From an uncultured Planctomycetota bacterium (lineage in GTDB: Bacteria > Planctomycetota > Planctomycetia > Isosphaerales > Isosphaeraceae), in assembly GCA_963845755.1 (NCBI GenBank), contig CAWJTV010000034.1:512001-576000 (forward strand): a stretch of DNA of 64,000 nt. Direction: 5' to 3'. Shown here piece after piece: positions 41,160-52,795 of this stretch. Both the position numbers and the translations under genes were made by a program. Within the stretch, counting starts at the first letter, position 1; every line of letters starts with the position of its first letter. The notes beneath the pieces were generated by a model that did not search any database, was not told the origin of the DNA, and worked only from the letters and a program-made list of their open reading frames with translations.

Positions 41160-44100
41160 TCAACGGCCGCGGCCGCCGCCGTCGCGAGTTCGGCACCCGA
41201 GACAAACGATGCCGCCGCGGGAATCTTCGGTCAGGGTGGCCTCGGCCGGATCGATCGGAACCTCCCGCCCGGGTTTGGGTCGAAGGGTATTCGACGGCGA
41301 TGGCTCCGCGGCCAGGAGGTCCCCTGCCGTCCCGGAATCGACCACGGCGCCCGGGGACGGTTCTACGGCACGCGTCGAGGGCTGGTCGAGCGCCTGAATC
41401 GTGACTTTGTCGAAGGGCTGCACCGGCTCGATCCCCTCGCCGTCGCGATCGAACGGCAATACCTGTGTCAGCGTGACCAGATTGAGAGCGAGTCGGCTGA
41501 AAACCGGCGACGTAGACTGGGTCGGTCCAAGGACGAGCTGGATCGTTGTCGCCGACCCTGGACTGGCTTCGCCGCTGTTGGCTCCGCCGAGCGGGCCCAT
41601 GCCCAGGACCGTCAGGCTGCTCGCGGACTGGACCTGTGCCAGGGTCAAAGCGGGTCCCGTAGTGGAATCGACCGGAGAGCCGCTGCCGGAACCGACCAAG
41701 GTCGAGCCTGTCCCTCCGGCTCCGCCGGAAAAGGGGCCCACGATGCTGAAACCGTTCGAGGGCGAAAACCCCGCGCCGCCGGCAACGCCTTCCAGTTGGA
41801 TCTGGAGTGCGGGGGACGGACCGTCCACCAGCGCGGGCGGATTGTCCTGTTGCCCGGAGAGAGCGACGGTCAACTGGTAGGACAGGCCCGGGGACTGGGT
41901 TGGGGACCATCCGCTGACGATGACTGTATAGTCCCCGGCCAGGAGGGGGGCAAAGAAGAGCAGTTGGTCGAACGAGGGCGACAGGTCAATGACCTGCCCA
42001 GAAGCTGCCTCCACGGCTACTCGTATTCCCGCCGGCAGGTCATTGCCGCTCAGCAAGAATGAGTAGCTCTGCGTCTGAAGGAGCTGGATCGCATATTCGT
42101 CCTGCATGGAATACGCCGAAGGATTCGCGGGCGATTCCGTCCCGCGCGTGATGGTCACGCCGGCCTGAAGCTCGTCGGGGAAGAGGACCCCAATCGGCTG
42201 GGCATTCGCCTGGCCGACTTGTGCGACGATCGCGTATCCCTCGGCCATGTTGCCCGAGACCTCGCCGTCGGGCCCATCGACCGTGAAAGGAATTACGTTG
42301 TCGCCACTCGGATCGTTACCGACTAGCGGGTTGCCGCCGAGGTCCATCAAGCCTCCCGGCCCCGAGAGATGCAGCGTGTAGGAGCCATTCGGCAGTCGGT
42401 CGACCATCAGGAACGTGGCCGTGTCAGTGGCAGGGTCGTACGACAGGAAACGCGGATTATACTCTGTTCCGTCCGATCCCTCGACGAAGACCTCGGGGAG
42501 CGACTCCTGACCGGTCATCGTGAACGCCTGGTAGGCAAGCTGCGGGATGTTGACGGGTTCCGAGAATTGCACGGTCATTTGTGTGGGCTCCTGGTCGTAA
42601 ACCTGGCCGCTGGCCGGCGACGAAGTCGCAACTCGCGGTGGCGTCGTGGCCGGCTGTACGAGGAGATTCAGGACGTAAGAGCCGGTGCTCCAGCCGAGCT
42701 GCGCGCTCTGAGCCTGGTTGGGATCGAAGAGGCCGGGACTGCCGGGCGGCTGGTACTCGAGGGGAGAGGGTGTGTTGGAGCCGTCGGCGACGGCGAGGTA
42801 GTAGGTTCCGGCCGTCAGGCCGATGGTCAACGCCGAGTCCGTGAACAAGGGGGTCGAACCGTCGGTGCCCGGGGTCGGATCGAGCGTGTTGTTGTTGCCG
42901 GCGAGGAACACGAGCTGGCCATCGGCGGAGTCGAGCTCCCACAGGCTGATGCCGGGATCCAGGGGCGAGCCGATCCGGCCCGCGAAGGCCTCGGCGAGCA
43001 TCGCGTACCGCCCGGGCCCCTCGACCTGGAATTGATAGAGATCCACCTGGTTGGCCGGGTTGAATTGCGGGTCGGGATCAGTCGGGTTGTAGAACGGATC
43101 GACACCGATGGCGCCGCTGACATGTACGATCCCGGTGCCTGTCACATCGCCCAGATTGCGCACCGTGGCCGCCGTGTCATCCGACGTGGTCGCGCCGGCG
43201 ATACCGTCGATGCCGGCGATCTGGAACGTGATGAACTCATCCGCACCGGCCGGCTGCTGTGCGGACTCACCGAGCGGGACGCCGTCCGGATCGGCCATCA
43301 CGGCCGAATCCGTGCTCGAGTTGCCGGAGAGCTGCACCACGTAATTGCCGGGCCCCAGTGGCGCCAGGGGGAAGAGCTGGAGCTCGTCGGCCGCAGCGGA
43401 GAAATTCACGGAGGCCAGCGCGACGGGACTCCCGGATCCGTCGAAGAGATGGCCATCCGGGTTCGCGAGGAGCTCGACCGTCTGGCCGGGAATGATCGTG
43501 TTAGGATCGAGCGCATTGCTCATCTCCAGCCGGATCGCCAGCGGAGAGCTGTCGAAGACCGAACCTTCCGCGGGATTGGACGAGAGGACCGTGGGACCAT
43601 CACCGGAAAGGCCGAGGTCGGTCGCGTCGATCGTGAGCTCATAATTCCCGGTCGTACCGTCGAAGCCGCTCGCTGCGATCACGGGAGAGAAGTAAAGGTT
43701 CCCCGCGCCGCTGATGGCTACGAAATAATCGCCCGGTCCGAGGTCCTGGCTCTGGTCAGCGATCCCATCCGATGGGTTCGCCTCGACCTGCGTGAGCAAA
43801 CGGTAGCCGTCCACGTCATACGGGTCGCTGAAATCCTGGGGATCGTCGTTAAAGAGGCTGAGAACGCTCGCGAAAGGCGGACTTCCGGCGGGTGTGTTCA
43901 CCCGGAAATCGACCCGACTGGCGTCGTCCAGATGGAAGTGGAACCAGGTGACGTCCGCGGCCCCAGCCGGACCGTTGCCGATCGAGCCCAGAACGCCCAC
44001 CGGCTGGGTCAACGTGCCGAGATCCTGGGCCAGATCGATCGTCTCGTTCGGCTCAACCGTCAGCATCGGCGCGAGTGATGGCGAGGCATTCAACAGCGCA

Positions 44101-44222
44101 CGCACTTCGAGGAACTCGACGGAGAGGCCCGCCATGAGGCCGCGTCGATTCCTCCGTCGGGGGCGAATCGCGAGGGTATTCAGGGTTTTGTCGGTTTCGA
44201 AGGTCAACATCGAGTTGCTCAT
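41160..44222 (-). CDS. Large secreted protein with PPC-like and Ig-like domains
   Basis: Planctomycete export-type 'EFLEVRALL', EPNET, D.D.Y.F repeats, FSEPV; start approximate. Confidence 0.7.
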   Translation of the reverse strand: MSNSMLTFETDKTLNTLAIRPRRRNRRGLMAGLSVEFLEVRALLNASPSLAPMLTVEPNETIDLAQDLGTLTQPVGVLGSIGNGPAGAADVTWFHFHLDDASRVDFRVNTPAGSPPFASVLSLFNDDPQDFSDPYDVDGYRLLTQVEANPSDGIADQSQDLGPGDYFVAISGAGNLYFSPVIAASGFDGTTGNYELTIDATDLGLSGDGPTVLSSNPAEGSVFDSSPLAIRLEMSNALDPNTIIPGQTVELLANPDGHLFDGSGSPVALASVNFSAAADELQLFPLAPLGPGNYVVQLSGNSSTDSAVMADPDGVPLGESAQQPAGADEFITFQIAGIDGIAGATTSDDTAATVRNLGDVTGTGIVHVSGAIGVDPFYNPTDPDPQFNPANQVDLYQFQVEGPGRYAMLAEAFAGRIGSPLDPGISLWELDSADGQLVFLAGNNNTLDPTPGTDGSTPLFTDSALTIGLTAGTYYLAVADGSNTPSPLEYQPPGSPGLFDPNQAQSAQLGWSTGSYVLNLLVQPATTPPRVATSSPASGQVYDQEPTQMTVQFSEPVNIPQLAYQAFTMTGQESLPEVFVEGSDGTEYNPRFLSYDPATDTATFLMVDRLPNGSYTLHLSGPGGLMDLGGNPLVGNDPSGDNVIPFTVDGPDGEVSGNMAEGYAIVAQVGQANAQPIGVLFPDELQAGVTITRGTESPANPSAYSMQDEYAIQLLQTQSYSFLLSGNDLPAGIRVAVEAASGQVIDLSPSFDQLLFFAPLLAGDYTVIVSGWSPTQSPGLSYQLTVALSGQQDNPPALVDGPSPALQIQLEGVAGGAGFSPSNGFSIVGPFSGGAGGTGSTLVGSGSGSPVDSTTGPALTLAQVQSASSLTVLGMGPLGGANSGEASPGSATTIQLVLGPTQSTSPVFSRLALNLVTLTQVLPFDRDGEGIEPVQPFDKVTIQALDQPSTRAVEPSPGAVVDSGTAGDLLAAEPSPSNTLRPKPGREVPIDPAEATLTEDSRGGIVCLGCRTRDGGGRGR

Positions 44223-44415
44223 AAGATCCCCTGACATGATGAGGACTGACTCGGGGTCTTCGAGATACCCGTCTCCCTTTCTTGAGGCACTCGAGCGATG
44301 CGTGATCAGGAATATGGCCGACCCAGTCGGCCCGTCGCTCCCCGACAAGCCAGGCCCACACGAAGGCCCGCCGGGTCCGGACTTCACGAGAGACCAGATC
44401 GTCTCCGAAAACATC

Positions 44416-47217
44416 TCATGCGTTTACGGTCAATCCGCCCGACAGCAGGCTCGTGTTTCCGTTGCTGTTCGTGGCCGACGCCATGATGGTATGCTTGCCA
44501 CTCGACAGCGTGGGGGTAAACTTCCAGGCGCCGGACGCACTGGCCGACACGATGCCGAGGACAACATCGCCGTCAACGATCGTGACCAGGCTGCCGGCGG
44601 TCGCCTGGCCCGAGAGGGTCCCCGAGGAATAACGAGGCGTTGCCGCCGTCGGGGCCCCGGAACCACCGACCTGGATCTGGATAACCGGAGACGGCGAACT
44701 GTCGTTCCCCGATCCGTCCGTCGTGACCGCCGAGAAGGCGTAGATCCCGTTCGCGACCTTGGACGACGAGGGCACATAGCTGAAACTCCAGTTCCCTTGC
44801 CCGTTCACGCTCGCGGTTCCCACCGAGGAACCATTGAGGAGGACCTGCACGCTCTGGTTCGGCGTCGCGGTGCCGACGACCGACAACGACTGCTGGCTCG
44901 GAATGAGGACGATGCCGAGGAGACTGAGGCCGGCGCTGGTGGACAGGCTCACCCCGGCCATGGCGGGCTGATACATCGTCTCGACCGTCGCCTTGTACGG
45001 CGACGACCCGGTGCTCATATTGCCCGCAACGTCCTCCGCCTGCGCGGTGATGTTGTAGTTCCCGTCGGGCAGGGTGACCGCCATATCATTGAACGTCCAG
45101 GCGCCGTTCGTCCCCGCCATCGACGTGCCCAGGAACTCGCCGTTGAGCATGACGTCGATCAAGTCGCCCGCCTCGGCCGTCCCGGAGAACGTCAAGTTGT
45201 GTGCCGTGGTGACGCCGTCGTGGTTGCTGCTGGTGTCGGGGCTGATGCCGGTGATCACGGGTGCCGGCGGGGGCTGCGTGTCGATGACGACCGTCAAGGT
45301 CGAGGACGAGGCGCTGGTAGTGCCGGCGATGTCCATGGCGGTCGCCGTCACGTTGTACGTCCCGTCGGGCAATCCCGGAGAGGACGAGGTCGTACCACCC
45401 AGCAGGCCGACGACGTCTCCCAGCAGCGAACCGACGAGCCCAAGGAGACCCCCGACCAGATTCGAGGACTGACCCGAATTCGAGGACTGACCCGAATTCG
45501 AGGATTGCGTCGATTGACCGACCGTGTACGACCAGTGGCCGGAGATGTCGGCTTCTGTCGTCGCGAACGGCTGACTGCCGCCGTTGCTGTACAGGTTGAT
45601 GACGTCGAACGGCTCGGACGTGCCCGAGAACGTGGGCGTATTCACGTCGGTGACGCCGTCCGTACTGCTGAGTCCCGTGTCCGGCGTGATGTCGTTGAGC
45701 ACGGGGATTTGCGGCATGTGGGTGTCAATCGTCACCTCGTAAGAGTAAGAGAGCGGCGTCGTATACCCGGTCGGGTCGGTCGCCATCGCCGTGAAAAAGT
45801 AGATGCCATCGCTGAGCGTGGTCGCGGTGTTGTCGAAGGTCCACGTATCGGTGAGGAATGCCGTAGTCGTGCCGATCACATTGCCATCGCAGTAGAGCGT
45901 GATGACGTCATTCGAAGGCGCCGAACCGAAGAGCGAGATGTTTGGGACGTTGGTGATGCCGTCCTGATTGCTCACGCCATTGTCGGGCGTGATGCCGGTG
46001 ATGACCGGGCTGGCGATGCCGTACTCGAAGCTGCCCGAGTTGTCGGCCTGGCCGCCGCCGGTGTGCTCGGGAGTACCGTCGGCCTCCGCGATGATGGGCG
46101 AGGCCTGCGTGGGCGGGGTGGCCCCCTTGAAGTTCAGGCCCAGTGCATAGTCGCCCGTGCCCATCTGCGTCGTATCCGCCCCCTGAGCCAGGATGTAGAA
46201 TTTCTCGCCCGCAGTCACATTCGAGAGGCTCACCGTGAGCGTCGCGCCGAACTGTCCTTCGCCACTGGCGGTGGCCAGCACGGTCGAGCCGTTCGAGGCG
46301 TAGACCGTCACTTTGGGCGACAGCATGCTCAGGCCACTGCTCTGCATGTCGAGCTCGAGTGTGCTCCCCGCTCCGGAAGGAGCCGTAAAGGTGAAATACT
46401 CCGATTGGCCGGCGGTCGAGATGTCGAGGTTCGTTACGAGTGCCGTCAAGGTCGACGTGGAGATCGTCGAGTTGATCGACGCGGCCGTGCTCAGGGTACT
46501 GTTGGAAGCACCGCCCGTGTTGTAGGCGTCGGCAGTGCGCGGTCCATTGCCGCTGTAGATGGACCGGATCCCGGAGATGTCATCGCTGGCCAGGGCGGTC
46601 TTCCGTCCGGTGTAGGTACCGAACATCACCGCGTTGCTGACGCTGCTCTCGTTGAGCCCGAGCGCGTGGCCGAACTCGTGCATCGCCACGGTGTACAGGT
46701 CGTAAGTCGAATTGATGTTGAAGGTCTGGCCGGTGTTGAAGGTCATGTCGCCGGCGATCGAGAAGTTGTTGTCCTGCGGCGGCTGATAGGTCAGTGCCAG
46801 CGTGGAGCAGTTGAAGTTATAGCCGCCGATCCGGATATCGCCGAACCCGGAAGCGCCCTGCTCCTGTGGGCCCGATCCCGCCGGAGCGCCGTTATCCGGG
46901 ACGACCTCGAAGTTGATGTTCGTCTGCTGGGCCCAGACCTGGGCGGCCTGAAGGATGACGTTCTCCCACTTGCCGGCCAGCGTCGATTTGCTGTTGAACG
47001 TCGAGAAGAGATTGCTCGCGACCCCACCGCCCAGATTGGTCCCGTCCGGCATGAAGCTGATCGTGATAAGTTGCGGATTCGGCCAGACGCTGCCGGTGGC
47101 CGAGTACATGACAACGCGGGATTCCAGACCCTCGAGGACAGGACAGACCCGGTTCCGCCGCCGGACGGGAGTACGAGGTCTCCGGTCCTCGCGGGACGAC
47201 CGTCGAATTGAGATCAT
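44416..47217 (-). CDS. Matrixin (M10) metalloprotease with Ig-like repeats
   Basis: LEGLESR signal, HEFGHALGL, repeated 'DTG.S.TDG.T...P.F.G' Ig-like units. Confidence 0.85.
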   Translation of the reverse strand: MISIRRSSREDRRPRTPVRRRNRVCPVLEGLESRVVMYSATGSVWPNPQLITISFMPDGTNLGGGVASNLFSTFNSKSTLAGKWENVILQAAQVWAQQTNINFEVVPDNGAPAGSGPQEQGASGFGDIRIGGYNFNCSTLALTYQPPQDNNFSIAGDMTFNTGQTFNINSTYDLYTVAMHEFGHALGLNESSVSNAVMFGTYTGRKTALASDDISGIRSIYSGNGPRTADAYNTGGASNSTLSTAASINSTISTSTLTALVTNLDISTAGQSEYFTFTAPSGAGSTLELDMQSSGLSMLSPKVTVYASNGSTVLATASGEGQFGATLTVSLSNVTAGEKFYILAQGADTTQMGTGDYALGLNFKGATPPTQASPIIAEADGTPEHTGGGQADNSGSFEYGIASPVITGITPDNGVSNQDGITNVPNISLFGSAPSNDVITLYCDGNVIGTTTAFLTDTWTFDNTATTLSDGIYFFTAMATDPTGYTTPLSYSYEVTIDTHMPQIPVLNDITPDTGLSSTDGVTDVNTPTFSGTSEPFDVINLYSNGGSQPFATTEADISGHWSYTVGQSTQSSNSGQSSNSGQSSNLVGGLLGLVGSLLGDVVGLLGGTTSSSPGLPDGTYNVTATAMDIAGTTSASSSTLTVVIDTQPPPAPVITGISPDTSSNHDGVTTAHNLTFSGTAEAGDLIDVMLNGEFLGTSMAGTNGAWTFNDMAVTLPDGNYNITAQAEDVAGNMSTGSSPYKATVETMYQPAMAGVSLSTSAGLSLLGIVLIPSQQSLSVVGTATPNQSVQVLLNGSSVGTASVNGQGNWSFSYVPSSSKVANGIYAFSAVTTDGSGNDSSPSPVIQIQVGGSGAPTAATPRYSSGTLSGQATAGSLVTIVDGDVVLGIVSASASGAWKFTPTLSSGKHTIMASATNSNGNTSLLSGGLTVNA

Positions 47218-47456
47218 GAGCCGATTTTCCCGATTAAATTTCAATGGATGCGTTTCAGAGAATTCAAAAACGTTCGATCAACCAAGTGAAGTCTTCCGAG
47301 TCCGACGGGCCTACCATGGGACTGCGGCCGTTGAGAGATGGGCCGCTGAGCCCTTTCAGTTTTCATAGCTCGCGAGAAGGCGCTCGTCTGATCGTGTTGC
47401 ACGATTGCAACCGCGTGGTGAGGTGTCGCACCACGTCTTCCTCTGGGAAGCTGGCA

Positions 47457-47570
47457 TGACCGACGGCCCGGGACCGATCGATCTCCGCCCCAGGTCCGTC
47501 CCGGAGGGTTACGATCTCCTCGAGGTCCTCGGCCGCGGCGAAATGGGCGTGGTCCACGACCGGGGCGAGT
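47457..47570 (+). pseudogene. N-terminal remnant of a Ser/Thr kinase
   Basis: 'GYDLLEVLGRGEMGVV' glycine-loop-like motif, then similarity is lost. Confidence 0.45.
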
Positions 47571-47715
47571 GCAACGGCCTGCCCGCCTGCGCGATCGAGG
47601 GCCTCGGGGCGGACAACCTGAGACGACGGATTGGGCGCACTCCCTGGCCGGCGGTCGCGGCGGCGCAGGCCTTCGAGCGGGTGGAGTGCGAAGTCGCCGA
47701 GGCGGCGTCCGGCAT

Positions 47716-49126
47716 TTATCGATTTTGCGAGTTCTTGGCCGAATCAGCCTGGCTCTTGGAGAGGACTTCGAAGTTGCCGACCAGCACCCGCTCGGTGCCG
47801 TCGAAGGTCGGCCAGTCAACGGTGTTGGCCAGTGGGGGGTTCTTCGGGTCGCCGGGGACGTACTTGCGGAGGATCTCGGTATGGGTGTCGTCGGAGGGGC
47901 CGATGATGACCGCCACGCGGACCGGCTTATCGTCGATCTGGAGGAAGACGAAGTAGTCCTGACCGCCCTGGAACTGGATGGCATTCGAAGGGACGGTCCA
48001 GACCTGCTTACGGGCGATCGCGATGGTGACGGTTACGTACCAGCCGGGGTGGAGATATCCGTCGGCGTTGGAGATATCGATCTCGGTCTGGAGGGTGCGG
48101 GTGGACGGGTTGAGCGAGAAGCCGGAGCGGACGACCTTGCCCTCCCGCGTCGCGCCCGGGATCGCCTGGAAGCGGATGAGGGCCGTGTCGTGATCGTGGA
48201 CGAAGAAGGACGCCAACTCGGGGACCCCGACGAAGGCGCGGAGCGGGTCAGTTTGCTCGAGGACGAACAAGGGCCGGCCGTTGGTGCCGCCGCCGGGCTC
48301 GAGGTAGTCGCCCGGGCTGACGTTCCGCTGGGTGATCACCCCGTCATAAGGGGCCTTGATCTGGCCGTATTCGACGTTGACCCGGGCCTCGTGCTCGTTG
48401 GCCTTGGCGACGATCAGCGCAGAGCGCGCGGCCTCGAGATCGGCCCCGGCCCGGTCGAGATCGGCCGCCGCCTGGTCGCGCGCGGATTCCATCTCGGAAA
48501 CCATCGCGTTGGCCTGGTCGCGGGCCGCGATGGCTTCCTCGAACTGGCGATACGTCTCGTCGCGGACCTGCACGTCGAGGACGCGCTGGGTGACGAGCTG
48601 CTCGAGCCGTTTGTATTCCGACTCCCATCGCGTGTAACTGGCTTGCGACCGCTTCACCCCGGCCTCGGCCGATCGGATCCGGGCCTTGGCCGTCTCGAGC
48701 TTCGCCTGGGTGGCCCGTAGCGCCGCTCTGGGCCACTCCGATCTGGACCTCGGCGGATTTCACTTCCGCTGTTCGCTGGGCGAGGTGCGCGTCCAGGTCG
48801 GGGATCCACATGTCGATCAGGACATCGCCTGCCTTGACGCGGTCGCCGATGTTGTACCGGTACTTCTGGACGTAGCCGGCGATTCGCGAGTAGATCGGGG
48901 TCACCTCGAACGCCTGGAGCGTCCCCGGCTGGACGACCATCCAGCGGATGTCGCGCTTCTCGGGCCGCACGACCTGAATCCCGGCGGTCTTCCCGGCCTC
49001 ACTCCTGGCCGTCGCGCCTTTCTCTCCGGGCGAACGGTCGGAATGCTGGCAGCCGACTGCCAGGAGCAGGCTCAGGGAGATGAGCGCCAGGGCCGGACCT
49101 TGTCTGGAGAAATCGCCGTTGCCCAA
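47716..49126 (-). CDS. RND efflux periplasmic adaptor subunit (frameshift ~48725)
   Basis: Lipobox AVGC, IGDRVKAGDVL, IKAPYDGVIT, TRTLQTEI. Confidence 0.88.
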
Positions 49127-49129
49127 CTT

Positions 49130-49335
49130 GCGGATTCGAGATTTCGGATTCGAGATTCCCGATGAGGACGATTGAGGGATCTGGGATCTCGAATCCGGAA
49201 TCGGGGATCTCGAATCCGGAATCCCTTGCGGGATCGGAAGTCTCGAATCCGGAATCGGGGATCTCGAATCCGGAATCCCTTGCGGGATCGGAAGTCTCGA
49301 ATCCGGAATCGGGGATCTCGAATCCGGAATCCCTC
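49130..49335. repeat. Heptamer-derived inverted repeat with a ~2.7x 54-bp tandem expansion
   Basis: Unit TCTCGAATCCGGAATCGGGGATCTCGAATCCGGAATCCCTTGCGGGATCGGAAG. Confidence 0.85.
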
Positions 49336-49356
49336 CTCGGTTCGCCGAAGACCGCG

Positions 49357-52300
49357 TCAGGGCTCATCGGCAGGTTCCTGGTGGATGGGGTCATAGTGGG
49401 TACTCTGCGGGTCGTCCGGGTCGAGCGAGGGGGATTGATTGGAGGCGCGGCCGAGCAAGAGGGCGAAGACGGCCGGCAGGACCAGTAGCGTGGCGAAGGT
49501 CGCCAGGGCCATGCCGCCGATCACGGCCCGGGCGAGTGGGGCGTTCTGCTCGCTCCCCTCTTCCAGGCCCAGCGACATCGGGATCATCCCGGCGATCATC
49601 GCACAGCCGGTCATGATGATCGGCCTGAGCCGCCCCTTGGCCGCGGTGATGACGGCACGGTCGGCCGGCATCCCCTCCTCGCGGCGATGACGGTCGCCGA
49701 AGCTGACCAGCATGATCGCGTTGGAGACCGCCACGCCGACGGCCATGATCGCGCCCATGAACGACTCGATGTTCAACGTCGTTCGCGTGATCCAGAGCGC
49801 CAACTCCACGCCGCACAGGACCGCCGGCACCGAGGCCACGGCCGTGATGGCCAGCAGGGGGGCCTGGAAGTAGGCCGTCAGCATGATCAGGATCACGATC
49901 ACGGCGACGAGCAGGCCGATCCCCAGCGACTGGAACATCTCTCGCATCGGCCGGACCTGTCCGCGCAGCTCGACCTCGATCCCGCGGGGGGGCTCGCCGG
50001 CGCGTCGGATCGCCGCATCGAGCCGGTCGATCACGCGGCCGAGGTCCTCTCCCTCGATGTTGGCCGTCAAGCTCAGGTCAGCGCCTCATGTTGTAGCGGT
50101 CAACCTCGCCGGGCATCTCGCTCCGCATGACGCGGGCGACGTCGCGGATCAGCAAGGGGGGAGTCGGGTTGGATGGGGAGTCGGTCACTTTCGCCGCCTG
50201 CCGGCGATTGGCCGTCGTGGTCAGGGGCACGAGCTCGACGTCGGTCGCCTCGGTCATCTTCGGCTGCGGGACCTGCACCTGGACCTGGTAGGAATTGCCG
50301 CTGACCTCGTCGCGCCAGTAGATTCGCGTGGTGTAACGGCTGGAGTAGGTGGCCGCGATCAGCGATTGGCCGACATCGCGGGCCGTCACCTCACTGAGGC
50401 CGGCCCGCTGCCGGTCGAGGATGACCTGGACGGTCGGGTAGTGGAGCGATTGCTGGATCTGCACGTCGCGGAGCGAGCCAATCCCATCGAACTCCGCGCG
50501 GAGCTTGTCCATGAAGTTGCTGGAGTCGGCCATGTTCCGACCGCTCACAACGACCTCCACCGGCGCAGGGGCGCCCAGGCTCATGGTCTCGGAGATCAGG
50601 TCGCCCGGCTCGAACGCGAAGATCATATCGGCGACCCGGCGGTCGGCTTGCTCGCGGTTGAGTCCCAGGAGCCGCAGCTCCTGACGGAACCAGGGGCCGA
50701 CCTTCTCGGGCAAGGCTTTCCGCAACCGCTCCTGGAGCTCGAAGATATCGACTCCGCTCCCCTCGCGGAGACCGACGCGGAGCAGGCTGTCGTCGGATCC
50801 GCGGCTCCAAAGATAGGCCATGTTGATGGTGAACTGCGGCGGGTTCGCCCCGGCGTAGCCCATGGTGACGTCGATGTTGTCGGGCCCCGCCTCCTCGGCG
50901 ATCACCTCGAGCGTCTTCTGCGCCACCTTGGCGGTCAGCTCGAAGTGGGTCCCCTGGGGCGGCCGGACGCGGAGCTGGAACTGTCCGGTATCGACCCTGG
51001 GGAAGAGCTCGCGGCCCAGATGTCCCCAGATGACGACGACCGCGGTTCCGGTGGCCAGAAGGTAGGCCAGCACGACCACAAAGCGATGCGCCACCGTCCA
51101 TTCGACGACTCGCTCGAATCGGTTCTGAATCCGCGTGAAGAACCCCGGCTTCGCCTCAGTCCCGTTTCCGTGGCCGTGCGTCCCGGGCCGGTTCGCCAGC
51201 AGCCAGACGCTCATCACCGGCACGAAGGTGCTGGAGAGCAGGTATGAGGTGATCATCGCCCCGCCGACGGCCAGTGACAGCGGCACGAACAGCGAGCGCA
51301 CCGCCCCCTTCATGATGAACGACGGGATGAACACCGAGAGGATGCACAACAGGGCCAGCAGCCGCGGGACCGCCGTCTCCATGTTCCCTTGCCGCACGGC
51401 GCGCGACATCGACGGCGTGTGCTCCATCTGGGTGTGAATGTTCTCGATCTCGACCGTCGCCTCGTCGACCAGGATGCCGATGGCGAGCGCCAGGCCGCCC
51501 AGGGTCATGATGTTGATCGTGTTGCCCGTCAGGTCCAGGATGACGATCGACCCCAGGAGGGCCAGCGGGATGTTCAGCACGACGACGATCACCGCCCGCA
51601 GGTCGCGGAGGAACAGCAGCACCATCAGTCCGGTCAGGCCGGCACCCAGCGCCCCCTCGACGCCGACGCTCTCGATGGCACGATAGACGATCGGCGACTC
51701 GTCGAACTGGTAGGAGACCTTCACGTCGTCGGGCATGGCGGCCTGGAACCGCGGCAGGTTTTGCTTGACCGCGTCGACGACCGTCAGCGTCGAGGCACTG
51801 GCCTGCTTGACCACGGGCAGATAGACCGACTTGCGGCCATTGACCAGCGCATAACCGACCGGGATATCGGTCGAGTCGGCCACGGTGCCGACATCGCGGA
51901 TATAGACGTTCTCCCCGAGCTTGAGCGGGACGTTCCGCAGCTCTTGCGGGTCAACGACCAGGGTATTGGCCGGCACGATCGTCATCTGATCCTTGATCGT
52001 GACGTTGCCGGAGGGGCTGATAAAGTTGCCGCGTTCGATGGCATCGACGACGTCCTGGGGCGAGAGGTTGTAGGAGCGGAGGCGGTCGGGGTCCACGTTG
52101 ACGACGATCGTCCGGATGTTGCCGCCGAACGGCGGCGGCGACGAGATGCCTGCCAGTCCGGAGAACATCGGCCGGACCCGGTACAGGGCCAGGTCCTGCA
52201 TTTCGCCGACCGAACGGCTCGGGCTCTCGAAGACCAGGTAGCCGACCGGCAGGCTGCCCGCGTCAAGCCGGACCACATAGGGCGGCAGTGACCCGACCGG

Positions 52301-52657
52301 CATGATCGAGAGGGCACGGTTGCAGTAGGCGACCGTCTGGGCCGTCGCCTCGGCCATGTCGGTCCCGGGCTGGAAGAACAGCTTGAGCATCACCATGCTC
52401 TGGATCGACCGGGATTCCACGTGCTCCACGCTGTTGATGTACTGGAAGAACAATTCGTACTGGTTGGTGATCAGGCCCTCGATCTGCTTCGGATCCATCC
52501 CGCCATAGTTGTGGATGACGTAGAGCTGCGGCTGGTTGAGCGACGGAAAGATGTCCTTCTGCATCCGGAAGATGCTGAAGAGGCCGCCCAGGCCCAGGGC
52601 CAGTACCAGCATCATCACAGTGATCGGCCGGCGCAGTGCGAAGACGATGGGGTTCAT
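49357..52657 (-). CDS. RND efflux permease (AcrB/CusA-like; frameshift ~50075)
   Basis: GILVDEATVEIEN, RLRPIIMT, PLARAVIGG. Confidence 0.92.
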
Positions 52658-52795
52658 AAGTGATTCGCTTGCCTTGCAGACAGATCATTCATGCTGGCGT
52701 GGATACGCCACGCGAAGTCGCGTTGACACACGAAGGATACGCAGGTCCGACGGAAGAGTCCATGTGCGTATTTGGACTCGGTGCGTGCCGTCACG

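Noticed and set aside
45460..45506. 18-bp tandem repeat in the matrixin gene
   Set aside because: Ordinary in-frame low-complexity linker (QSSNSG).
43894..47211. 1105-aa plus-strand ORF and other long antisense ORFs
   Set aside because: Shadow ORFs of high-GC genes on the opposite strand, with no recognisable motifs.
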